Below the pieces are notes generated by a model. That model was not told the DNA's origin and searched no databases. It was given only the letters and a program-made list of their open reading frames with translations. From Candidatus Babeliales bacterium (lineage in GTDB: Bacteria; Babelota; Babeliae; Babelales; JAUPTZ01), in contig JBIKTS010000001.1 of assembly GCA_044347985.1 (NCBI GenBank), forward strand, positions 1 through 31,075: a stretch of 31,075 nt of DNA, read 5' to 3'. Shown here piece after piece: positions 7,797 to 20,200 of this stretch (position 1 is its first letter; each line of letters starts with the position of its first letter). The position numbers were made by a program, and so were the translations under genes.

Positions 7797-8807
7797 TCAA
7801 CCTTTATGTATGATGTCTTCTCTGTTTTTGTTATTTGCTGGATGATACGGCCAATACAATTCTTCTATCACATCAGGCGTTTGCCGCATAGCCTCAAGAA
7901 TATAATCAGGTAAATATGGCAGCATAAAAGGATTAACTACCAACTCAATTTTACCAAAATTAACATCTGAAATCACAATAACCGGCTGATGCCCCGGCCA
8001 GATGCGCTCCCACCACCCATGCCGTAACATTACCACAACCTTTTCATATACGCACAACGGATACTGTCGTCTCAACGCAAGAGCAGCCCCATTCCTAACC
8101 CCAAGAGTTCCACTACTACTAATCAACAATCGCTTCGGCAACGTCATGCCGCACATATACCCAATAGTGCGCTCTGCATCTTCACACACTGCAAAACTTG
8201 CCACCGCATGCACCTGGGCAATCCGATTATACACCACATCTGCCACCGCTGCGGCGCCAGCAACTCGCTCAACAATCGGCTCAAATCCTATGCGCTCAAG
8301 CTCTCCCGCAACACCCAAAACCGTAGATTCATACTTATCGGTTTTATGCTGCACATCATATGGAATAAGAATTTTATTAATATACGGCAACAGCCATTTG
8401 AACATATCTTGCGTGCCCACAAATGTTTTCATCGGAGCTCCCTCTTCATACACGCCCGAAAACCATCCACCCGGAGACTCAAACGAGTCAATCAATCCAT
8501 GTCCTATTGGATCACTCGGACAAACAAACAATGTAGGAACCGGCTTAATTTCGGTATATATTTTTTTCAATATACACGAAATACTTGTTCCAATACTTAA
8601 AATATAATCAGGGCGCGGGCATCCTTTTAAAGAAAAAACATTACGCACCGCCTCCTCAGTCTCCTGCGCTAAGAGGCACAACTGTGGACTATACACTTCA
8701 CCTTCTTGCAACACAATACGCCTAAATGCAGCGAGTAGATTTTGTGCTATGTGCACATGCTGAGACCGCGCTTGAAATCCAATTATATATACGACACAGG
8801 CACGCAT
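7797..8807 (-). CDS. ABC_sub_bind-like (TrpX-type) solute-binding-fold protein, divergent
   Basis: DPIGHGLIDSFESPGGWFSGV resembles the family motif DPV-x-x-GLV-x-S-x-x-x-PGGN-x-TGV; KILIPYD strand. Confidence 0.6.
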   Translation of the reverse strand: MRACVVYIIGFQARSQHVHIAQNLLAAFRRIVLQEGEVYSPQLCLLAQETEEAVRNVFSLKGCPRPDYILSIGTSISCILKKIYTEIKPVPTLFVCPSDPIGHGLIDSFESPGGWFSGVYEEGAPMKTFVGTQDMFKWLLPYINKILIPYDVQHKTDKYESTVLGVAGELERIGFEPIVERVAGAAAVADVVYNRIAQVHAVASFAVCEDAERTIGYMCGMTLPKRLLISSSGTLGVRNGAALALRRQYPLCVYEKVVVMLRHGWWERIWPGHQPVIVISDVNFGKIELVVNPFMLPYLPDYILEAMRQTPDVIEELYWPYHPANNKNREDIIHKG

Positions 8808-8831
8808 AACACACCTCTTATATGACAGGCG

Positions 8832-9911
8832 CTAATATTCAATAACATTTACATCAGACGCAGATTTCATGCGTATAAGCTCTTCACGATCTTTGGACAA
8901 CTCAACTCCCTGCGGCTCGAACGCACAGTCATTAAACCGCATTCCCGACTGTTGCGGAATTCGATACAACGACCATCCCATACTTTGCTCAAGGCCACGT
9001 TCAAAAAACAAATATTCTACAATTAATGCAGCAAGCGGGACTGTAAACGCAGCACCAGTAATACCGCACCCAAGCGCCGCACCATCATTAACTGAATCAA
9101 GTTCTGATGAACACACAAATATATTTAATGCGTTACAAAATTTAATCAATGCACGCTTGTGTGCTGCAGCAGCCGGCTCATGTAACGTAATAACACTATC
9201 GGCACCATCCAGCGCAAGGCGCAATCCTTCACTGTTCATATCTTGCGATGTCCAATTATGAATACTCACATCAATTAATTGTTGTTTAAATTTTTCAGTC
9301 AATTCGGCCACTTGTGCGCGCAGATTGTCACGCAATATATCGCTTGATGTATTTGGATCATACACAATACACACTTTTTTAGCATATGGGCGAAATCCAA
9401 TAATAGAATTCACGTAGCGTTCTGAGCGCATAGCCATATTGTAAACGCCACCAACAATAACTTCCTCAACGTTATGTACCAACGTTCTTTGCAGAAGCCT
9501 GCTCGGCTCGCCCCCTGGCAAACATACCCATTGTTTATAAGGTAGCACTCCTCCTGCATTGGCAAGCACCACAAACTGACTCTCCCACCAGCCGGGGGTA
9601 ATAATAAATGTCTGATCACACTCGTTCTGTGAATACGCTGCATAATATTGCGCAAGCAATTGAGTGATTTCCATCTGAGTTCCTGCAATCAGCAACAGGT
9701 CAACCGAAACAGCCAACGTTGGCGCAAGCGTACCCAGCGTATCGATTAACTGATGTTTGGCTTGCAGGGCCCACTCAGTATGCTCTTTTGAATGAGTGAT
9801 AATAAAATGAAGCGAGCGTAAAGACTTGGTGTTTTTATCAACTTTAATAACTCCCGTATTTTTATAGTTTACGGAACCTGCAGTAAGTTGGCATTCTTGG
9901 TGTTTTGGCAT
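8832..9911 (-). CDS. ABC_sub_bind-like solute-binding-fold protein, divergent paralog
   Basis: RPYAKKVCIVYDPN and SVNDGAALGCG resemble family C-lobe motifs; tandem with 7797..8807. Confidence 0.55.
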   Translation of the reverse strand: MPKHQECQLTAGSVNYKNTGVIKVDKNTKSLRSLHFIITHSKEHTEWALQAKHQLIDTLGTLAPTLAVSVDLLLIAGTQMEITQLLAQYYAAYSQNECDQTFIITPGWWESQFVVLANAGGVLPYKQWVCLPGGEPSRLLQRTLVHNVEEVIVGGVYNMAMRSERYVNSIIGFRPYAKKVCIVYDPNTSSDILRDNLRAQVAELTEKFKQQLIDVSIHNWTSQDMNSEGLRLALDGADSVITLHEPAAAAHKRALIKFCNALNIFVCSSELDSVNDGAALGCGITGAAFTVPLAALIVEYLFFERGLEQSMGWSLYRIPQQSGMRFNDCAFEPQGVELSKDREELIRMKSASDVNVIEY

Positions 9912-10128
9912 CGTTCGCCTTCCTTTTAATAATAAAACTTTGGTTTCCCCAAACCATTATTACTTCAATAATCATACGCGCATATAACCCGCATACACAC
10001 CAAATGATATACCCATTGATATAAAAATCAAATTTTTATTGCCCCAAAAAACACAAACATAATGAGATCGATTTATTATTTTTAATCAAAATAACGTGCA
10101 GATCGACTCAAATACTACAAGCCCCCCA

Positions 10129-11064
10129 CTACGCCCAGACACCCTTGTGGGATGTATCTGAGTCATAATCAGCATCGCAACCTGAATCTTCAGCCGAGTC
10201 GTATACGGCCGGATTACCTGGCCTGCTCTCAATACCTCCAGCATCTACATCAGTTTCAGTAGCTGTCTCAGCTTCTGCGCCCGCCGATGAAAGAGCACAT
10301 TCTACAAGGAGCGCCCAATCAGTCTCATCTGCTAATGGCGGCTGAAGAGAAAACAAAGGTGGCGAAACGCTTGGCGCAAGCGGTGGCGAAAACGCGCTCC
10401 GCGCAGAAGCAGGAGAAGCTGCCATTTCCATATGATGAGTAGAGCTTTGTGTTTCTAGCTCTACTGGCGTATTCTCAAGAAAAAACAATAAAGAAAGCGG
10501 CAGCAGCTCTCCTGTTTCCCACACCATACACGGAAACATTTCTAAAAAATCATCTACACTTGAAGACGGCAGCGCAGGCACTGGTATCGGCATAAGCGTT
10601 CCCTTTGGCTGCACAAAAGAAGATAATGCAATAACAATAAGCTGCCCCGCTGCGCGATGTAAATGGGCGCCATATACTATGCGTCTGCTCGGCATGATAT
10701 CTACTTCTCCTGCAGCATTAGTTTTCGAGCACACATTGCCATCAAAATTCACGACTTTATTAAATTTTTCTGAAGGAGCTTTAATGGTTAAAATACAACT
10801 ATTTTCAGTAACAAGAGTACACGTCACCTGCGCATGAGTTCGGCACAATTCAGTAACAACGTAAGTACACTCTTTTTTTTCATCATAACGAACAGATCTT
10901 TTATACCAGCAGAGCATACTTTTTGCTTGCGTTGTATCGCATACCAAAAAATAATCACTCATCTCGCGCCGGCCATAAAAAGGAAATTCTGGCCCAGCAT
11001 CAGACGCACACATATAAGAAACTACAAACAAACTAGAAATTAGAAACCCACCCCGAGTCATCAT
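10129..11064 (-). CDS. Hypothetical secreted protein with Pro-rich and acidic tail
   Basis: Probable start MMTRGGFLISSLFVVSYMCAS (signal-like) after GGGG/GGTGG. Tail has SPPL-type repeats and D/E-rich low complexity. Confidence 0.7.
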   Translation of the reverse strand: MMTRGGFLISSLFVVSYMCASDAGPEFPFYGRREMSDYFLVCDTTQAKSMLCWYKRSVRYDEKKECTYVVTELCRTHAQVTCTLVTENSCILTIKAPSEKFNKVVNFDGNVCSKTNAAGEVDIMPSRRIVYGAHLHRAAGQLIVIALSSFVQPKGTLMPIPVPALPSSSVDDFLEMFPCMVWETGELLPLSLLFFLENTPVELETQSSTHHMEMAASPASARSAFSPPLAPSVSPPLFSLQPPLADETDWALLVECALSSAGAEAETATETDVDAGGIESRPGNPAVYDSAEDSGCDADYDSDTSHKGVWA

Positions 11065-11183
11065 ACAAAGCCACCCCTGGCTATAAAATAAAAATGATTG
11101 ATTCGCTGTGAGGGAACGTGCTCTAGTATAGCAATCTTTACAAAAAACCACACTGCCATATCAAAACGCAGAAAACCAGGAGA

Positions 11184-11212
11184 TTTATATATACACCATT
11201 TTCATTTATAAT
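11184..11212 (+). promoter_or_regulatory. Possible sigma70 promoter for the HD gene
   Basis: TTTATA-N17-TATAAT about 35 nt upstream of ATG 11248. Confidence 0.4.
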
Positions 11213-11247
11213 GTCCCTTCCCGCACGATTCTTGTATAAAGGTTTTT

Positions 11248-12381
11248 ATGAAACGATTTTTACTCCTTTTTCTGCTTGTGCTCTCATGCGGGACTATTGC
11301 AACTTCTCAACTTAAACAAAAACATACGCCCCCCGCACTGCACGCAGCGCATACATACGATCACACAGCGGCATGCCTGCCAACTGAGATGACAGTGGAA
11401 ACTATTTTTGGTCCCCTGCACATTACCGAGCCTATTCTGATAGAACTCCTCCATCACCCTGTCATGAAAAGAACGCAAGAAATTGATCAACATGGTCCAC
11501 CAACCTATTTTGCGCAGCAACCAACCTTTTCACGCTATGACCATTCACTTGGTGTTTTGGCACTCTTGCGCATACACAATCGACCACTCACTGAACAAGT
11601 TGCAGGACTTTTGCATGACGTTTCTCACACCGTATTTTCTCATGTCGCAGACCATTTATTCAAAACCGGCAACCACATAAATTATCAAGATACCATTCAT
11701 GAGTGGTATTTAGAAAAAATGAATCTCACCCCACTCCTTGCCCGGCATAATCTAAGCATTGAAGAAGTCAATCCAGACAATCTAGAATTCTGCGCCCTGG
11801 AACAAAAATCACCCAAACTGTGCGCTGATAGAATTGAATACATACTGCATACCGCACTCGTGTTTGAAAAAATCACACCAGAAGAACTTACCGAGCTGGC
11901 AAAAACACTCCACTTTGATGGAGCGCACTGGTATTTTTCAAACCAAACACATGCACGCATGCTTGCAGACTTTGCATTGTATTTTACAAAAAACTTTTGG
12001 GCCACCGCCAGTAATCTTGCATGGCGTCACTGGCTCTGTAGCGCAATAAAACAAGCAATTGCGCGCAACCTAATTACTTCCGACGACATACACTTTGGCA
12101 GCGACGCACTGATGCTTTCTATACTCAATTCATCACAAGACACTTACATTACAGAAATGATGGATAAGTGCTATCACCACAGCGACCATTACACGCAAAC
12201 AACGTCAGATGATACCTACGACCTGAGTGACCATTTTAAAGTGCGTGCTGTTGATCCACTTATACTTCTTGAGGATGAAACAACACCGCTCCCACTCTCG
12301 CAGCGTGACAGCGAGTACAAAAAAGAACTCGAGGAAACAAAACGACTGATTACACAGGGAACATATATTTGCTGGACATAA
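11248..12381 (+). CDS. HD-domain phosphohydrolase (dNTPase/SAMHD1-like motifs) with signal peptide
   Basis: FSRYDHSLGV, GLLHDVSHTVFSH, LCADRIEY; N-terminus MKRFLLLFLLVLSCGTIA. Confidence 0.85.
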   Translation: MKRFLLLFLLVLSCGTIATSQLKQKHTPPALHAAHTYDHTAACLPTEMTVETIFGPLHITEPILIELLHHPVMKRTQEIDQHGPPTYFAQQPTFSRYDHSLGVLALLRIHNRPLTEQVAGLLHDVSHTVFSHVADHLFKTGNHINYQDTIHEWYLEKMNLTPLLARHNLSIEEVNPDNLEFCALEQKSPKLCADRIEYILHTALVFEKITPEELTELAKTLHFDGAHWYFSNQTHARMLADFALYFTKNFWATASNLAWRHWLCSAIKQAIARNLITSDDIHFGSDALMLSILNSSQDTYITEMMDKCYHHSDHYTQTTSDDTYDLSDHFKVRAVDPLILLEDETTPLPLSQRDSEYKKELEETKRLITQGTYICWT

Positions 12382-12521
12382 AGCAACTAGATAAACCATA
12401 AGAGACTGTGTATGTATTGCTTTATTTTCACATTACGGTAATATTTCACACATTCGTATATATCAAGCAATCTCATTATTACTATGAGTGTGAATATTGT
12501 CTTACGCAGGAGTTGATCACT

Positions 12522-12812
12522 ATGGCACTACTAGTACCACTTCATGATCGAGTGTTAATCAAGCGAACTGAAAAAGAAGAACGAACAGCCTCGGGAATTA
12601 TTATTCCGAGCACCGCTCAAGAAAAAGCACATTGGGGAACAGTCCTTGCAACCGGTCCAGGAAAAACTGACGCCCATGGCACACTCCATCCAATCGCAGT
12701 AAAAACAGGTGACTTGGTTATTTTTGGCAAATACACTGGCACCGAATTTAAATATCATGATGAAGAATATTTAATTTTAAAAGAAGACGACATTCTTGCA
12801 ATCGCTCAATAA
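12522..12812 (+). CDS. groES: Co-chaperonin GroES
   Basis: PLHDRVLIK, TASGIIIP, VKTGDLVIFGKYTGTE, EDDILA. True start ATG 12522 after CAGGAG. Confidence 0.97.
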   Translation: MALLVPLHDRVLIKRTEKEERTASGIIIPSTAQEKAHWGTVLATGPGKTDAHGTLHPIAVKTGDLVIFGKYTGTEFKYHDEEYLILKEDDILAIAQ

Positions 12813-12841
12813 ATTCATAGCTTTTTTTAAAAAAGGAATAA

Positions 12842-14467
<1,626 letters not shown>

Positions 14468-14487
14468 TAACAACTGTTCCCAACAAC

Positions 14488-14526
14488 AAAAAACGGCGGC
14501 TCTGCTTTTAGCACCCGCCGTTTTTT
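14488..14526. terminator. Bidirectional intrinsic terminator between groEL and 14564..15163
   Basis: Perfect 12-bp inverted repeat AAAAAACGGCGG...CCGCCGTTTTTT between convergent genes. Confidence 0.85.
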
Positions 14527-14563
14527 GGCATTTACACACTATGTATGACGAGAAAATTAGGCT

Positions 14564-15163
14564 TTACAGAGAACCTAAATATTGCTCTTTCGCACTTCTC
14601 GCATGCTCAAGATCTTTGTTAAATCGAGACATCGGGCGTCCAAAAGACCATTCAACGTCTTCAAACGGTGTCTGGCTATCAAATATCTGACTCATCAGTG
14701 ACTGCTGCTTGCGATATACAAATTTTCGTGTATCCACACCAGCTGTAGCTATAGCGCTTGTAGCAGCACTAGCAGCGCCTCCCAGAGCAGCAAACATTGA
14801 CGGTGCACCAATAATCCCTGTTCCTATAAGCAGGAAACGATACCCACCTATTTTGCCTTGAAGTTTCTTAATTTTTTTCTTAAGATTTTCTTTGCCCTTC
14901 TCATCAAAACTATCCGCTTCTTTTAATTCTTTCTTAAGCTGCAGCATTTCTGCGTTATATTTTTTTAATATTGGAACGACTTTTTTAATCAGCATAATCC
15001 AACCAGCAGAAAGTCCACCAAACAGTAATCCATTAACTAACCCAGGCGTTGCATACGGTAAATTCCATTGCTTTTTTTCTTTTACATGAGATTTTTCACT
15101 CGCTGCTATTGGAGTGATACCAGCCATAAGCAGTAACGCCAGTACGTAATACGATAGTTTCAT
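14564..15163 (-). CDS. Hypothetical exported membrane protein
   Basis: Signal peptide, Gly-rich hydrophobic segment, Lys/Glu coiled coil, second Gly/Ala-rich hydrophobic segment. Confidence 0.75.
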   Translation of the reverse strand: MKLSYYVLALLLMAGITPIAASEKSHVKEKKQWNLPYATPGLVNGLLFGGLSAGWIMLIKKVVPILKKYNAEMLQLKKELKEADSFDEKGKENLKKKIKKLQGKIGGYRFLLIGTGIIGAPSMFAALGGAASAATSAIATAGVDTRKFVYRKQQSLMSQIFDSQTPFEDVEWSFGRPMSRFNKDLEHARSAKEQYLGSL

Positions 15164-15483
15164 AGAGTTTCCTTTGTTTGCTGAATACTATTCTATTTTT
15201 ACTTTATCAAAAGCAAAAAAGCTAAAACAATACATTAACATAAAAGTCGTAAAATTATATTTAGAAAAAGGCTTTCTATTCATAAAAAAGTAAGTCTGCG
15301 TGTACGCCCTACACAAGCGCACACGCAGTGGTCCATTTATTTGCATCACCGCGGCACTAAGCGCTTTGCAAAAAAGAGAGCGCTACAAGACTTAAAAAAG
15401 GTAAGCATTGACAGGGAAAATCACTTATTGAGTATGCTGCTCGCTCATTATGTACCTCCATCTTACGCATGAAAGGACTGTCC

Positions 15484-17268
15484 ATGAGACGTCGCGTAAT
15501 AGCAATAATTTCTGCAGTACTTGCCATTAATAGCGCAACGCACTGTTTTCAGCCGTATTTAGAATTCACACCAGCGCCACAACAAGAACTTTCACGTAGA
15601 CAAGAATCAGATTCGCTCTTTGTTGTCGACACTCAAACCACCATCTATGCAAAACAAGCACATCAATGCTTTCTTGATGATTTACGCATCCAAGAGCCAC
15701 TCAGCGCACTCTACTTCAACAAAAGCGACTTTCGATTAAGCACCATCTTTCAAGATTGTTTGGTGCCAACAAATACCGAGTTTTATAATCCGTACATGCG
15801 TGTACTCCGCCTCCAGCCCAAAATACTATACAATGAGGTCGGCACCATCATCAGCGCACGTGCAGAAGGAGCATTTGGTCACCAAAAATGGTTCCATCTG
15901 GGTATTAAAGCGTCATTACCTATTAAACAAAGAACCATCTCGCGCATGGACACCGGTGCACGCGGACCTGCAGAGCAACAAGACCTCATTAGCCAAGCAG
16001 AAATTCAATTTGCAGACTCAGAAACATCAACCCCCAATGCCCGTGCCTATCGGTTAGATTTTATTGAAGCACTCCCTCACAACGCAAATTTTGATGAAAG
16101 CATACAGTACAACGAAGAAGAAGGGGCACTCACTATTTTTGATACCTCAGTCAGTGCCAGTGATGGAAATATTAATGCTGCCATTATTCGCAAACCAGAA
16201 ACACATGTTCCACGAGGCGTAGCGGTTGCAACACTCTATCCAAGTCTTGGGGAAGAAGACAGCGCAGTAGCGGCAAATCTTCCGACCACAATTGGCTTAA
16301 GTGAAGAAAATACCATCTACCAGTTTGCTCAAGGAGAAGAAAATTATGTCACCATGCTTGACTCGGCAGAAAAAACAACGGCAAAAAGAATCAAAGACCA
16401 AAACACCAAAGCATCACTGTGGCTTATTGGAACATATGACACAGAAGGAATAGCAACCGATGGCTTTTTTACTATCGACCAACTGCTGCTTGATAAAGTA
16501 AATCAGTACCGAGAAAACGTGTATGAATGGTTTCATGATCGCAACTACATTCTTGATTCACAGCGCGAACAAGGTATTGGTGACGCAACTATTGAAGCCT
16601 ACATCGCCTGTGATCTCTTTACATCATTCCAAATTCGCTTAAAAGGTGGCGTGGTTGTGCCCACTGCACGCCAAAAAACAACCGCACAAAATCCGTATGC
16701 TATCTGCCTAGGAAATCGAGGACATACCGAAGGCTTTATAGGGGCAGGCTTTACCCTTTTAATCCCTCATAGCTCCCTCTCAATCACCACAGATGCACAA
16801 TACAATACTGCACTCAGCGCACTTGAAAAAATAGCTGCGACTTCAAAAGGGGCTCTTATTAAAAATATGGGGCCTGAAACAACTGCCGATGTCTCATGGC
16901 ATAGCGCGCAAGGAAATGTATGGCTTCATATCACTCACCCAAAAGCAACAAATATAACCTTTGGTGTCGGCTATGATTGGTATGTAAAAACCGATGATGT
17001 TATTATTTTTACAAGCGACACCGTTCCCTCATTTCTCGGCAAAACATTTAATACCACAACCCGAAAATATGACGGCGACAATACACTCACTCTTGACCCG
17101 GCACTTGCGGCGCTCCACACCGGTGCAGTACGCCATGCGATCTGCTTTCACACAACCTATACTCCATCGCCATACTTGAGCTTCTCTGCGCAAGCAGGAT
17201 ACGTACTTGGTGGCCGCAACATTCCACAAACGATTGAATGCTCAGTTGGATGTACCATTTCTTTGTAG
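15484..17268 (+). CDS. Hypothetical secreted protein, probable outer-membrane beta-barrel
   Basis: Signal peptide from MRRRVIAII (AAGGA RBS before 15484). Alternating aromatic strands: FHLGIKASLP, FGVGYDWY, FSAQAGY, terminal IECSVGCTISL. Confidence 0.6.
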   Translation: MRRRVIAIISAVLAINSATHCFQPYLEFTPAPQQELSRRQESDSLFVVDTQTTIYAKQAHQCFLDDLRIQEPLSALYFNKSDFRLSTIFQDCLVPTNTEFYNPYMRVLRLQPKILYNEVGTIISARAEGAFGHQKWFHLGIKASLPIKQRTISRMDTGARGPAEQQDLISQAEIQFADSETSTPNARAYRLDFIEALPHNANFDESIQYNEEEGALTIFDTSVSASDGNINAAIIRKPETHVPRGVAVATLYPSLGEEDSAVAANLPTTIGLSEENTIYQFAQGEENYVTMLDSAEKTTAKRIKDQNTKASLWLIGTYDTEGIATDGFFTIDQLLLDKVNQYRENVYEWFHDRNYILDSQREQGIGDATIEAYIACDLFTSFQIRLKGGVVVPTARQKTTAQNPYAICLGNRGHTEGFIGAGFTLLIPHSSLSITTDAQYNTALSALEKIAATSKGALIKNMGPETTADVSWHSAQGNVWLHITHPKATNITFGVGYDWYVKTDDVIIFTSDTVPSFLGKTFNTTTRKYDGDNTLTLDPALAALHTGAVRHAICFHTTYTPSPYLSFSAQAGYVLGGRNIPQTIECSVGCTISL

Positions 17269-17278
17269 GAGTTTATTT

Positions 17279-20200
17279 ATGAATTACATATACCGCGTAT
17301 TACTCCTCTGCTGCATATCAGTAATCAGTTATGTGCATGCAGGTCCAATCGATACGTTTATTACTACAACTGCCACAACAATTACCACGCACACAACAAC
17401 AGTAAATGACCTTGCGTTATTATTTGGATCACTGCGATCATCAGCAGCTGCTGATGAAGGCGATGCACTCCTTGAATTAAGCGAATCTATTGATGCAGTA
17501 GTAGGTGGATCACTGGGCGCATGCAGCGAAGAACAACTTACTCTGCTCAATGAGCAACTTGACGATGTTCAAGCTCTGAGTTCTTTATGCCTTGATTATA
17601 TATTTCTCGGCGATGCACACCAAGCAGTTGCTACACAACTTGAAGCACTTGCTGAAATCGACGTCACTCTGGAGCCTGCAGAAATCACTGATATTATTAC
17701 TACCGCAAAAACTGCACTCGATGAGGCCAAAGCAACCTACACAAACGCATACTCTCTGGGCGTAGGCCACATGGACGGTATTATTACAGACACAGCATGG
17801 GCAGAATTTTTAACAGAACGGACACGCGCAACTGCGGCGTATGATCTTGCCGAAGCACTTCGTGTTGCAAGTACCGATTACACCGCATTTGTAGCAGCAC
17901 ACAGCTCACTCCCTGATCCTGAAGATGACACACTTGAAGATTACGACACAAGCTACCTTGACGCACAAAACGATATCAAAACAGAAGCAACCGCAACACT
18001 TGCAGCTCTTACAAACGCCTCATCAACACTGACTGCACTTACCGAAAGTGATGCAGCCGATGATGAGCATATTGATTTTATTGCGCAAGCAGCACTGAGC
18101 ATTCAAGACAAAGTGAACCAGTTTACTAATGAACTGCTGGCACGAAAAATTGGAGCTCAAGGAGCACCAAGCAGTGTGGGGATTCGCGTGCTTCAAAGAC
18201 AACTCTTGTTTGACGCAACCGATTTTGCCGCCAAAGACACCATTAGAACAGCCTTGATTGCCGCATATCAAACACAATCAGATGCAACGGCAGATTTGGA
18301 TACTGCAGCAACTGCTGCGGCTGCACTTATCAGTGTTGATATAACTCCGTTTGAAGAAACGCCTCCAGCAGCTGCACCTGACGGAGAGCGAAGCAATATG
18401 GGCGTTATAGTTGATGAAAAAGTGGCTGAATTTCTGAGCAAAATGCAACTCAAAATCCGAGGCATTTTTGAATCATTGAATGCACCTATTGCGCAATCTC
18501 AACTCGATAATATTACCGATACCTTAAGCCCCGCCGTGTATCTACAAATGACTGCCACCGTTATGAATGATTGGCTGATTGATAGAAGCGCTCTGCTCCT
18601 TGGTATGGAATCGATTGATGATGTTGTGGCAGATTTTGAACGTGAATGGGATGAGCTCGTAGCTATTCTGAATGCAACAAAAGCAGAACCGCTGATCAGC
18701 GCAACAGCGCGCACGGCAGTTACTGAAGCACAAACAGTGCCCTTTTTTGCAAGCCTCTTTAGTGTTACCACACATGCAACAATTATTACCCAAAAAGCAA
18801 CCGCGCTCGTGAAACGACCGAGCGGCAGCGTACGCCGAATCATGACACAAGGCAGTGCAGAGTTTCAAAGAATACTCCTCAGTCTTGTACCGCAAATTCT
18901 CAATAACTCGGTTACCAAACCGGTTACTCTCAGAACTAATGCCAGCGCATCAACTCCTGCACCACGCACTGTACCTGAAACACCCTCAACCACTATTGCC
19001 GATTCAACTGTGCTCAATGCGCAACTTGAAGACGGCGAAGAAGTACTCATAACCGGAAGCGGCACACTAGCAGGCCGCCTGCGAGACGTTTATTTTGCAA
19101 GCACAGTCGCCAACAAACTGACCGCTGATCTCAAAATTTTTCTCAATAATAGTGCCCGTATGGGTCTGGGAACCGCTTGTACCGATAATACCAGTGACTC
19201 AGGACAAACACTAAACTTGCTCGGGGGAAGCGATGTCGATAGTGATTCCTCGGTGCAACTGATCCCCGATGGAAATTGCACAATCGATCTCAATTCAGAC
19301 ATCATTATTGGAGGAAGTAAACCAATTGTTCCTACCGCTGAATTTGGCAAAGCAGAACATCGCATCACGTTCACCTCAACAGTCCCCCGCACCATTACGG
19401 TTCTTGCAAACGTTACGTGGGACCTCACCGACTTTGGCACCGTAGGCGCCGAATATGTCGAATATGGAAAACAAATAGTATTTGCAGGGCAAGTACGATT
19501 AGTGCTTGAGCCAGGCGCAAAAATTAGATTCCCTCACGTTGATCCAGCCGACATTAAAAAAACAGTAGTCCTCTATTTCAACGAAGAGTCATCATTTGTC
19601 ATCCAAGGAGACCCACTGCTTATTGGCAACCCATGGCGTGATCTCTTAATTGCAGGAAGCGACTGTAAACGCAGCAAGCTCCTTGGTATGGGAGAAGTGT
19701 GGCTCAGTAAAAATGCGCTCATGACTATTCATAAACCAGCGCTCATGGGGATTGAAGCGGACTACATAACGCCAAAAACAGATATCACGTTCAGCTTGCA
19801 AGGTGAAGCGCAAATCGCGCTCGGCACTGACACAATCGCAGGAGGCGCACTTCAGATAGGCAATATGTTCTTTGGAGGCAGTAAAGCGCATCCACACAGC
19901 GATGACCCTGATCCAAATTTTCCTAACAGCGCAGTAAATCCTGCCTATGAAGATGAAGATGAACCATTTGTTCCCCACAAAACCACTATCGACTTTACAC
20001 TGCGGCTGGGTGGCAGTAATACACGCTTTAAAATTGGCCGCCAAGGATTTTTGGGATTTGCGGCCGGTGTTGTTAACAAAGATGGCGCGCCAAGCAACAG
20101 CAATGCAGGGCCTAATGGCGCTGTAGGAATGAGCAACAGTGCCTGGCAGCTCCAACGACTCTATAACGTTGGTAATATTACCATTGATATCTCCCAAGGG

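Noticed and set aside
1162-11218. Identical 12-mer TATAATGTCCCT at 1162 and 11207
   Set aside because: Tens of chance 12-mer matches are expected within 31 kb, and the 1162 copy has no -35 element.
12465-12495. CIRCE-like half site GAGTGTGAA upstream of groES
   Set aside because: The right half matches 7/9, but the left half does not fit TTAGCACTC at 9-nt spacing. HrcA control is not supported.
15408-15438. TTGACA and TATGCT upstream of 15484
   Set aside because: The 19-nt spacer is too long for a confident promoter call. Nearby short hairpins (about 15295-15385) show no recognisable riboswitch.
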